In this document: positions 10,504 through 19,028 of the stretch, piece after piece
Layout of the letters: every line of letters starts with the position of its first letter
Position numbering within the stretch: the first letter of the stretch is position 1
Assembly (NCBI GenBank): GCA_050049995.1
Contig: JASFVE010000007.1
Span: forward strand, 1-38,245
Reading direction: 5' to 3'
DNA: 38,245 bases
DNA from: Chlamydiota bacterium
Lineage (GTDB): Bacteria; Chlamydiota; Chlamydiia; Chlamydiales; SM23-39
The notes under the pieces: model-generated
The model's input: the letters and a program-made list of their open reading frames with translations, nothing else
The model's database searches: none
Told to the model about the DNA's origin: nothing
Program-made: the position numbers and the translations under genes

Positions 10504-10531
10504 AAAGGTGCTGAAAGTTCAGCTCCTTTTT
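10504..10531 (+). terminator. Intrinsic terminator, paralog of 9879-9906
   Basis: AAAGGTGCTGA-AAGT-TCAGCTCCTTTTT: stem with one mismatch, followed by a T tail. Confidence 0.75.
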
Positions 10532-10604
10532 ACTAAAAAAAAATACAATTTCCTCTTTTTGGTAAATGCATTAAAATAAACATGAATGACGGTTTATTTG
10601 ATAC

Positions 10605-11375
10605 ATGCAAAAAGAATTTTCCTCACTTATTAGAGACTCTATAAAGCTTATTGAACAAAATAGGTCCTTGCCTTTTTTTGAAGGTTTTTTATTGGAAAAA
10701 AAATCGATAAAAAAAAGGCCTGTAAAAAAGCCTGTAATCAAGGTAGAAAAGCAGGTTGCACCTTCTTTGCCTAAAGCTGAGCCTCCCAAAAAGCAAGAGC
10801 CGCCAAAGCCTATTGTAAAAGAAACAGTAGCTCCTTTAAGGGCAACACCTGCTATTTCAGAAAAAGTTATTGATCGGTTTGAAGATGTTAAGGTGCATGT
10901 ACAAAAAGTACTTCCTGAAATTTCTTATGTGCAAGAGATCCCTACAGATCAACAAGCTAAGATCATTGCTGAAAATTGGAAATATCATAGTCAGATTTCT
11001 CCTTTTATTATTTTGTATAATTCAAAAAATCAAAAGGAAAAAACTTTTTTAGAAAACCTAGCTAAAGCCCTAAGCGTTTATTTTGTGCCGACAAAAGTAA
11101 TCCTTGCGAGTGAAATTGAAAAAGAGAACCGATGGGAAGTGATTTTAGATCCTGCTGTGCTCAAGTTTATAATAGCTCCTGATGATCAGATATGGGATCT
11201 TCCCCATATGATGAGCCACTACAGTGAAAACCCTGCTAAATCATTAGTATTCTTAGATGAAGTTCCTTTATTTTTAATCCCTAATTTATCCATGTATTTT
11301 CAAGACCCAACTTTGAAAAGCTCACTTTGGAAAGCAATATGTCAAAAAGTTTCCGCGTTGCAACTGTCATTGTAG
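10605..11375 (+). CDS. Conserved chlamydial hypothetical protein upstream of priA (CT779-like); possible HolD/UDG-like fold
   Basis: 256 aa: N-terminal helix, K/P-rich linker, alpha/beta C-terminal domain; overlaps the priA start. The CT779 equivalence is from recalled synteny. Confidence 0.75.
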   Translation: MQKEFSSLIRDSIKLIEQNRSLPFFEGFLLEKKSIKKRPVKKPVIKVEKQVAPSLPKAEPPKKQEPPKPIVKETVAPLRATPAISEKVIDRFEDVKVHVQKVLPEISYVQEIPTDQQAKIIAENWKYHSQISPFIILYNSKNQKEKTFLENLAKALSVYFVPTKVILASEIEKENRWEVILDPAVLKFIIAPDDQIWDLPHMMSHYSENPAKSLVFLDEVPLFLIPNLSMYFQDPTLKSSLWKAICQKVSALQLSL

Positions 11376-13540
11376 AAAGAAAAATTGCATCGCCCTTAGA
11401 TTATGAAATACCTGAAAAGTATGTATCAAAGGTTCAAAAAGGCTCAAGGGTAAGCATCCCTTTAAGAGGAGAAATTTGCCATGGCACTGTTATAGACATT
11501 AAAGCAGAAAGTACTTTCAAAACATTAAAGCCTATTGCAGAGCTTGTCTATGAAAAGCCCCTATTGTCCGAAAACTTGTTGAAACTTGCTTATTGGATGC
11601 AAGAATACTATTGCACGACTCTTTACCATGTACTTCGTCTTTTTATTCCAAAAGCTGTTAAAGAAAAAATCATGCCTAAAGCGAGTATCTTTTTACGACT
11701 CGCCCACTCTAAGGAAAAAACAGCCGACTATATTTCAAAAATAAGAATGAAATCTCTAAAACAGGCAGAAGTCCTTGAAAAACTTTTAAAAAGTACACAA
11801 GGATTATATCAAACGCAACTCCTGGAAAATGCTACTTTTTCTGTGAGCTCCATTGCATCACTGGTCAATAAGGGATGGATAAAAAAAGAAGCTATTTTTT
11901 TCAATGAGCCTGAAAATTTTTTTCAGAGCCCTAAAAAAACATTAAGCGATGAGCAAAAGGTCTGCCTTGATGCCATAGAAAAAAGTGATGGCTTTAAAGT
12001 GCATTTAATATTTGGAGTTACAGGAAGTGGCAAAACAGAGGTCTACCTTCAAGCTATTGAAAAAGTGTTAAAAAGAAATAAAACAGCTTTAGTTTTAGTT
12101 CCTGAAATAGCACTTACAACCCAGCTGTTGGAGAGGTTTAAAGCACGTTTTCAAGAAAAAATAGCTGTACTTCACCATAAAAAAAGCCAGGGTGAAAGGT
12201 TTGATGCACATGACAAACTCTTACATAAAAAAGCAACTATAGCCATTGGCGCTAGGTCATCCGTTTTTGCACCAATGCAGGATTTAGGGATTATTATTGT
12301 TGATGAAGAGCATGAAGGTTCTTTTAAGCAACAAGAAGAAAACCCTTTTTATCACGCAAGAGATGTTGCTGTTATGAGAGGGAAAATAGAAAACTGCCCC
12401 GTCATATTAGGATCTGCTACCCCTTCCATTGAAAGCTTCTATAATGCTCAAGTAGGTAAGTACCATCTAAGCGCCATTACTAAGAGACCTAGCCAAGCTA
12501 CTATGCCTGACATCCATATTGTAGATATGAAAAAAGAATATCAGCGTTTAGGAGGATTTTCACACTTTTCTGAAATTTTGATAGAAAAGATGAAAGAAAG
12601 ATTTTCTAAAGGTGAGCAAACTATCCTCTTTTTGAATAAACGCGGCTATTACACTTCCTTTTTCTGTAAAGGTTGCGAAAACATCATTACTTGCCCTCAT
12701 TGTGCATTGAGCCTCACCTATCATAAAAAAGAAAATATTTTATCCTGTCATTTATGTGACTATAAACAGCCGCTACCCAGATCCTGTCCCAAATGTCAAT
12801 CTTCTCTCCTTCAATATAAAGGATTTGGAACCGAACATGTGGAAAAAAGTCTTAAAGCTTTTTTTCCTGAAATGAGAACGTTAAGAATGGATAGCGACAC
12901 CACTAAGAGAAAAAAAAGCCATGAAACTTATCTCAAGGAATTTCGCTCTGGCAAAGCAGATGTATTGATTGGAACACAAATGATCGCTAAAGGCTTGCAC
13001 TTTCCCTCTGTTACTTTAGTAGGGGTATTAAATGCAGACAGCTCTTTATTTATACCAGATTTTAGAGCTCAAGAAAAAGTATTTCAACTTCTTACTCAAG
13101 TATCTGGAAGAGCTGGAAGAGCTGAGATAAATGGAGATGTTGTTATACAAACATTTCAACCTGAACATCCAGTTATTTTAAAAGCAAAAAACCAGGACTA
13201 CTTGTCCTTTTATGAAGAAGAAATCACTTCTAGAAGTGCCTTTGAATACCCACCATTTACTCATTTGTGGAAAATAACTTTTACCGGTACTAGTGAAAAA
13301 CAAGCAGAGGAAAGCGCCCATAAATTCCGACAAACATTAATGAAAGTAGCTCCTAGTGGATACCATTTTCACCCAATTTGTCCTTGCGGTTATGCAAAAA
13401 TTAAAGATAAGTATCGGTTCCAGCTATTAGTCAGAGGAATGAAAGTATTGGCATTCAATAAAGCCATTAAAAAAGTACAACAGATGCTTCCTAAAATAAA
13501 AGCAACTATTGACGTCGACCCTAATATGATTTTTTTCTAA
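11339..13540 (+). CDS. priA: Primosomal protein N' (replication restart helicase)
   Basis: GVTGSGKTEVY, LVPEIALT, DEEHE, GSATPS, four CxxC pairs, GTQMIAKGLHF, QVSGRAGR and IDVDP. ATG 11339 preferred over TTG 11327. Confidence 0.97.
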   Translation: MSKSFRVATVIVERKIASPLDYEIPEKYVSKVQKGSRVSIPLRGEICHGTVIDIKAESTFKTLKPIAELVYEKPLLSENLLKLAYWMQEYYCTTLYHVLRLFIPKAVKEKIMPKASIFLRLAHSKEKTADYISKIRMKSLKQAEVLEKLLKSTQGLYQTQLLENATFSVSSIASLVNKGWIKKEAIFFNEPENFFQSPKKTLSDEQKVCLDAIEKSDGFKVHLIFGVTGSGKTEVYLQAIEKVLKRNKTALVLVPEIALTTQLLERFKARFQEKIAVLHHKKSQGERFDAHDKLLHKKATIAIGARSSVFAPMQDLGIIIVDEEHEGSFKQQEENPFYHARDVAVMRGKIENCPVILGSATPSIESFYNAQVGKYHLSAITKRPSQATMPDIHIVDMKKEYQRLGGFSHFSEILIEKMKERFSKGEQTILFLNKRGYYTSFFCKGCENIITCPHCALSLTYHKKENILSCHLCDYKQPLPRSCPKCQSSLLQYKGFGTEHVEKSLKAFFPEMRTLRMDSDTTKRKKSHETYLKEFRSGKADVLIGTQMIAKGLHFPSVTLVGVLNADSSLFIPDFRAQEKVFQLLTQVSGRAGRAEINGDVVIQTFQPEHPVILKAKNQDYLSFYEEEITSRSAFEYPPFTHLWKITFTGTSEKQAEESAHKFRQTLMKVAPSGYHFHPICPCGYAKIKDKYRFQLLVRGMKVLAFNKAIKKVQQMLPKIKATIDVDPNMIFF

Positions 13541-14900
13541 ACTCTACAACTGTATCTTCAGGAAAATTCTTTTTTTGCCATAAGTTTTGTTGGAAATATC
13601 CCTGCCAGTAAAAAAGATCATTACCATCAATACACCTAGCACCTTTTTCTTTTGCTCTTTGAAGGAATTGAGTAAGTCCTTTGTTCCTGACTACATCCAT
13701 TACTACAGTGCCTTTTTTTAATGTGCTGAAATCAATGTTCAATTTAGACCCCAACATTTCAGCAGAAGTAGCTTGTATAATTAGGTCATAACACGAAAAA
13801 TCAATATTTTTCAGATCTTGAAAAACTGTTATGTTTTTAGGGAAAAATTCCTGCACTCTTGATAAGGTACGGTTATAAATAGCAAAATGTATGTTTCTTT
13901 TTTTACCTTCCTCATAAATTGCTCTAGCTGTAGCACCAGCGCCAAGTAACAAAGCTTTCTTGATCAAAGGATTTATTGCTAATATAGCTTTTATAGCTCC
14001 TATGCCATCTGTATTCTCCCCTCTCCAATAGCTGTTTTTAATAAGGGTGTTTACAATCTTTTGTTTGTTTTCAATATAAGGCGCCATTTTTTGTTTTAAA
14101 GGAGTTGTAACACTTATTCCATAGAAGGGAAATCCTTTTTCTATTTGAAAAAAAGCATCCAGCTCTTCAGGAACCAACTCCATCTTAACATAAACTGCAT
14201 TGACTTTATGTTTTTGAAAAAATTGATTATGAAATATATGACCAATACTTTGTGAAATTGGACTGCCAATTAATCCAAAGATTTTCGTCTGCTTTTCAAG
14301 GTTTTGAAAGTTATAAGTATCATGAAGGATATTTAAGGGCACCTGCCCCATGAATCCTTTAAGAGAAGTGTAATTCATATAATTACCAACTACAGGTCCT
14401 AAGACTCTTGTAATATCGCCTTTAGGACCAAGACACATGCCGCTTAAATTAGGGAGTTTTGCATTTTTCACAAAACTCAGCATACGTAGAGAGTCAAGAT
14501 AGGAATTAGCAAAACAAGCAAATTTATAAGCAGAAAAAAGAGGATGCTGCATATCTTTTAAAAGGACATCTAAAAAGTCAGGAGTTTCTGTAAGATTATG
14601 AAAGGATCGTATGAGCTTAATTTTAGGGTAGAGTTTCTTAATTTTTTTTGCGAAAGAAAGTGGAACATCATGCTCTAAGTCTAAATAATCAGGCCTAAAA
14701 GCTAGCAGCTTATCTATAAGCTCCCATCTTTTGCTTTCTTCTATATCTAAAGCTCCTCCTTCTTTTTTACGTCGTAAGGTCAATATCCAGCTCTTATCTG
14801 AAGGAACTGTTTTGAAAGGAAAAAGATCAAACCTTAACTCATAGAGGTCAAAGGGATACTTTGTCTTTTCTAAGGGCTCATCTAAGCAAAGAACTAACAC
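13521..14900 (-). CDS. aroDE: Bifunctional type I 3-dehydroquinate dehydratase / shikimate dehydrogenase
   Basis: N-terminal ELRFD, TLRR..EGG, SFHN, YKFA and GQ (AroD). C-terminal GLIGSPISQS, VTTPLK, NTDGIG and GAGATAR (AroE). Confidence 0.9.
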   Translation of the reverse strand: MLVLCLDEPLEKTKYPFDLYELRFDLFPFKTVPSDKSWILTLRRKKEGGALDIEESKRWELIDKLLAFRPDYLDLEHDVPLSFAKKIKKLYPKIKLIRSFHNLTETPDFLDVLLKDMQHPLFSAYKFACFANSYLDSLRMLSFVKNAKLPNLSGMCLGPKGDITRVLGPVVGNYMNYTSLKGFMGQVPLNILHDTYNFQNLEKQTKIFGLIGSPISQSIGHIFHNQFFQKHKVNAVYVKMELVPEELDAFFQIEKGFPFYGISVTTPLKQKMAPYIENKQKIVNTLIKNSYWRGENTDGIGAIKAILAINPLIKKALLLGAGATARAIYEEGKKRNIHFAIYNRTLSRVQEFFPKNITVFQDLKNIDFSCYDLIIQATSAEMLGSKLNIDFSTLKKGTVVMDVVRNKGLTQFLQRAKEKGARCIDGNDLFYWQGYFQQNLWQKKNFPEDTVVEFRKKSY

Positions 14901-15937
14901 GATTCTTCTCCGCTGAGATAGGCAACAGCTAGTTGAATATCTTCTTGTGTTATTGGTCTTTTGAAATCAGCTTGACCAATTCTATTCAACAAAGTGCAAT
15001 AAATGGTGCGACTTTGATTCTTTTTGTCTCTTAAAAGAGTTTCAGACCACTTTTTAACAGGGTAATGCTCAAAAGAGATCTTAGAAAACATAGGTAAAAG
15101 ATGGTTTCTAACTATCATAAAATCATCTTTGGAAAGACCATTTTTTTTCATAGATAAAAACGACTCTACAATAAGGCCTATACAAACAGCTTCTCCATGG
15201 GAGATGGCAAAGTTAGAAAGCCGCTCTAGAGCATGCGCAAATGTATGACCAAAATTAAGAGACTGCCGCCTTCCCTCATCATGCAAATCATTTTGCACAA
15301 ATTCTTTTTTGATATGAATGGAATCTAAAATTAATTCGTCTGGAACTGAAAGTGTATTGATTAAAGAAGCTGCTTTATAAAAATGGTCTGAGGAAAAAAT
15401 AAGACCATGCTTAACCATTTCTATGAGACCGTTATTTATCTCTTTTTGAGGAAGTGTCGTTAAAAAATAAGAATCTAAAAGTAATAAATCCGGCTCATAA
15501 ATGGTGCCGATTAAATTTTTCCCATAAGAAGTATTTACTCCATTCTTCCCGCCAACAGCTGCATCAACCATGGCTAATAAAGTTGTAGGTATAAAAGCTA
15601 GTTTAACTCCTCTACAAAAAGTGGCAGCTATAAATCCAGTCAGATCTAATGTCACTCCACCACCCAAAGCTATGAGACAAGTATCTTTGTTAAAGTTTAA
15701 AGCAAATAGCTGATTTTCTAGCTCTGCTTTGGTTTGTGCCGTTTTGTGCTCCTCTCCTGAAAAATGCGTAAGTAGTTCAACCTCCAGTCCATTTTCTTTG
15801 CATAATTGAATAAGTTTTTCACCCCAAATCCTCTCAACATTTTTATCGCAGATGAGAGCAAAACGACTAGCAAGAGCAGATAAAGGTTGAACCCAATTAT
15901 TGGAAAGAAAAAGCTGACTTTTGATTATTTTTGTCAT
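14894..15937 (-). CDS. aroB: 3-dehydroquinate synthase
   Basis: GEEHK, ALGGGVTLDLTGF, PTTLLAMVDAAVGGKNG, LNFGHTFAHALE and HGEAV. Confidence 0.96.
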   Translation of the reverse strand: MTKIIKSQLFLSNNWVQPLSALASRFALICDKNVERIWGEKLIQLCKENGLEVELLTHFSGEEHKTAQTKAELENQLFALNFNKDTCLIALGGGVTLDLTGFIAATFCRGVKLAFIPTTLLAMVDAAVGGKNGVNTSYGKNLIGTIYEPDLLLLDSYFLTTLPQKEINNGLIEMVKHGLIFSSDHFYKAASLINTLSVPDELILDSIHIKKEFVQNDLHDEGRRQSLNFGHTFAHALERLSNFAISHGEAVCIGLIVESFLSMKKNGLSKDDFMIVRNHLLPMFSKISFEHYPVKKWSETLLRDKKNQSRTIYCTLLNRIGQADFKRPITQEDIQLAVAYLSGEESC

Positions 15938-17033
15938 TCAGTTGCACTGCTTGATTCATTAAAATACTATCTGCAAGAGCTATTGCCAACATTGCTCTCA
16001 CAACAATAACAGCTCTAATGCCAACACATGGATCGTGCTTTGCTTTTGAAGATAGGGTAAACTGTACATTTTCATTTTTTACAAAATCAACGGTGTTCTG
16101 ATGCTTTTTTATACTCGAAGTTGGCTTAAAGCAAACTCTTCCGATAATTGGCATGCCATTGGATATCCCTCCTAAAATCCCACCAGAATGGTTGGAGGTT
16201 AAAGAAACATTGCCCTCTTTATAATCATAACCGTCATTGCTTTCAGATCCTTTTTTTTCAGCCAAAATAAACCCATCCCCTACCTCAAAGCCTTTACTTG
16301 CCGGTATACTGAGCATGGCCTTTGCTAAGTTGGCTTCCAATTTTTCATAAATAGGATCACCTAGACCTATAGGAACATTCAAAGCTATGAATTCTACTAT
16401 TGCCCCTGATGAATCCCCTTGTTCTTTTAAAGAAAGTAAATAATTTTCGATTTTTTGAGAGACAATTTCATCCGGACAAAAAATAGGGCTACTATCTATT
16501 TTCCTCTGACAAGCAATAGGATCAGTATAGTCAACTTCTTCAATTTTAAAGGGGCCAACTTGTTTTAAAAAACTTAGCAAAGTGATGTTACTATTTTGTA
16601 ATATTTTATTAGCAACAGCACCTGCTGCCACCCTTGCAACTGTTTCTCTAGCTGATGCCCTTCCCGATCCATTATGATCAAACACCCCATACTTATTAAG
16701 ATAAGTATAATTAGCATGTGATGGTCGATATAGATTTTTCAAATCTTGATAGGCTGATGAAACAAATGCTTTATTTTCTACAAGGATTGTAATAGGCGCT
16801 CCAGTTGTTTTCCCTTCAAAAACCCCTGAGACAATAATTGCCTTATCCTCTTCTTTACGAGGTGATACAAATGAATTATTTCCAGGCCTTCTAAGTGCTA
16901 AGGCGAGATTTATATCACCTTCTGTCAAAGAAATTTTAGATGGACAACCATCAATTATCACTCCAACAAATTTTCCGTGAGATTCTCCAAAAGTTGTAAT
17001 ACGAAACTGTGATCCAAATGAATTACTTGCCAT
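15897..17033 (-). CDS. aroC: Chorismate synthase
   Basis: TTFGESHG, RPSHA, GRASARET, NHSGGILGGISNG, FKPTSSI and HDPCV. Confidence 0.97.
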   Translation of the reverse strand: MASNSFGSQFRITTFGESHGKFVGVIIDGCPSKISLTEGDINLALALRRPGNNSFVSPRKEEDKAIIVSGVFEGKTTGAPITILVENKAFVSSAYQDLKNLYRPSHANYTYLNKYGVFDHNGSGRASARETVARVAAGAVANKILQNSNITLLSFLKQVGPFKIEEVDYTDPIACQRKIDSSPIFCPDEIVSQKIENYLLSLKEQGDSSGAIVEFIALNVPIGLGDPIYEKLEANLAKAMLSIPASKGFEVGDGFILAEKKGSESNDGYDYKEGNVSLTSNHSGGILGGISNGMPIIGRVCFKPTSSIKKHQNTVDFVKNENVQFTLSSKAKHDPCVGIRAVIVVRAMLAIALADSILMNQAVQLNDKNNQKSAFSFQ

Positions 17034-17535
17034 TTTTAAAAAACTGCATTACCTGTTCTTTTGCCCTTTCTTGAGTGTTTTCTTTAAGATCTATTGTAAA
17101 ATCAGCTACACTTCGATAAATGCTATTTCTTGCTCGAAAAGTGCTTTCAAAATCAGATAATAAAAAGGGAGGTATCCGCCCCGTTTCAATTCTTTTTTTT
17201 AAAAGCTCTTCTGGCAAATACAAGTATATCATTTTGCCTAATCGCTTTAAAACTCTTAAATTTTTTTGATCAAGCACGCTTCCCCCACCAGTGGCAATAA
17301 CAGTATTAGATATACCTTCTATCGAGTGAATGACTTTCCTTTCAATTTTCCTAAAAAACTCTTCTCCATATTTTTCATAAATTTCAAAATAGCTAAGCGT
17401 TAACTCAGGATCAAAAGTCCTCTCGATCAATCTGTCTATGTCTATAAATTGATATTTCATCATCTGAGCTAAAGAGGGGCCTAAAGTAGACTTTCCAGAC
17501 TTTTTAAATCCAATTAGTATTATGTTGTTACCCAT
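17023..17535 (-). CDS. aroK: Shikimate kinase
   Basis: IILIGFKKSGKST Walker A, DID, GEEFFRKIE and VIATGGG. Confidence 0.93.
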   Translation of the reverse strand: MGNNIILIGFKKSGKSTLGPSLAQMMKYQFIDIDRLIERTFDPELTLSYFEIYEKYGEEFFRKIERKVIHSIEGISNTVIATGGGSVLDQKNLRVLKRLGKMIYLYLPEELLKKRIETGRIPPFLLSDFESTFRARNSIYRSVADFTIDLKENTQERAKEQVMQFFKNGK

Positions 17536-18821
17536 TCAATATTTGCTCCGAACTTAATTATATTATCAAAAAAATTAGGATAACTTTTATTTACACAGTC
17601 AACATCTTCAATGATTGTTTTACCCTTATTAGTACTTAAAGCTGCAACAGAAAGTGCCATAGCTATCCTATGGTCTTTTCGACTATTAAGCTCTGCACCA
17701 TAAAGATCTGACGGCCAAATTACAAGCTTATCATCAAAATATTTTATTTTAGCTCCCATTTTTTCTAATTCCTCAGAAATAGCTTCTAGGCGGTTAGATT
17801 CTTTTTTCTTGGCAATAGCGCAATTAACAAGCTCTAATTTTGTTTTTGTAAAACATCCCAATACAGCCAAAATAGGCACTGCATCAATAAAGTCATTCAC
17901 ATCAATAGACCCGCCACTTAACAGCTCGGATGTATGGATGAAAACCTTTTTATTTTTTTTGTCTATTTCAATATTGGCTCCCAATCGGATTAGTTCTTCA
18001 AACAACTTCTTATCCCCCTGGACATCAGTCATATCCAGGTTGGATAAAATAGTGCTTTTTTTAGTAATGATGCTGGCAATAGCAGGAAAAGCAGCCGAGC
18101 TAAAGTCTCCTGGCACACTATAGAAGAAACCATCATAAGAAATAGGCCCATTAATCGTATATGTATGATAATTATTAACTTTAATGTGAGCTCCCAGATT
18201 CCTAAGCCAGTTCAAAGTAAGCTCAACCCAAGGCTTTTCTCCAGGATTGTTAACGTGAATTATGGTCGTGCCCTCTAAAAAAACAGATGCCATTAAAAGC
18301 GCAGAAACAGGCTGGGAGTCTTCACCTTCTGTATTGACTACTGCTGGTTTTAAAGGTCCTTTAATAAAAAAAGGAGGATGATCTTGCTTTTTTAAATATT
18401 TAACAGTAGCGCCCATCTTATGAAAAGCAGAAATAAGATCTTTAACCGGTCTGTTGTTACAAACGGAAGAATCTCCCGTTATGGTATGTCCATTAGAAGA
18501 TAAAGAAAGAAAAGCACTCAAAAACCTTAAGATTTGCCCTGAGTTCCCTGCATTAATTTCTGCAGATCGTAGTAAGCTAAAATCTCGACCAATGCCTTTA
18601 ACTATTATTTTACTTTTACAAACCTCAACATCAACGCCCATTTTTTTTAATGCTATGATTAAGTCCCTTGTATCATTGGCATCTAAATAATTATGGATTT
18701 CACTATTACTATTAGAAAATACCGCTAGTAAAATTGCTCTCATTGTGTGCGATTTAGAAGGAGGTATAAGAATTTCAACACTATCAGGTGTTTCTTTCTT
18801 AGAAAGAATAATCGTTCTCAT
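17520..18821 (-). CDS. aroA: 3-phosphoshikimate 1-carboxyvinyltransferase (EPSP synthase)
   Basis: PPSKSHTMRA, GNSGQILRF, DSQPVSALL, GDFSSAAF, KESNRL, DHRIAMA and KSYPNF. Confidence 0.96.
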   Translation of the reverse strand: MRTIILSKKETPDSVEILIPPSKSHTMRAILLAVFSNSNSEIHNYLDANDTRDLIIALKKMGVDVEVCKSKIIVKGIGRDFSLLRSAEINAGNSGQILRFLSAFLSLSSNGHTITGDSSVCNNRPVKDLISAFHKMGATVKYLKKQDHPPFFIKGPLKPAVVNTEGEDSQPVSALLMASVFLEGTTIIHVNNPGEKPWVELTLNWLRNLGAHIKVNNYHTYTINGPISYDGFFYSVPGDFSSAAFPAIASIITKKSTILSNLDMTDVQGDKKLFEELIRLGANIEIDKKNKKVFIHTSELLSGGSIDVNDFIDAVPILAVLGCFTKTKLELVNCAIAKKKESNRLEAISEELEKMGAKIKYFDDKLVIWPSDLYGAELNSRKDHRIAMALSVAALSTNKGKTIIEDVDCVNKSYPNFFDNIIKFGANIEWVTT

Positions 18822-19028
18822 ATAGGAAAAAAGGGTAGATCAACACAAGTTTTCTTTCTAGAGTATAAAAAAACAAAAACAGAGTTTTTAAATTTACCTG
18901 ACTTTTATATATCTAAAATACAGATTTCAAAATATATGATCTGATAGTAAGCGACTTCATTAAAGATGGGGTGAAAAGCTTTTTATATTTTTTCTTTAAC
19001 TTTATTGAGATTTTCTATTCCTTTTAAT

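Noticed and set aside
18747..18944. 65-aa plus-strand ORF across the aroA start
   Set aside because: Overlaps aroA antisense and its promoter region; low-complexity AT-rich translation with a GTG start.
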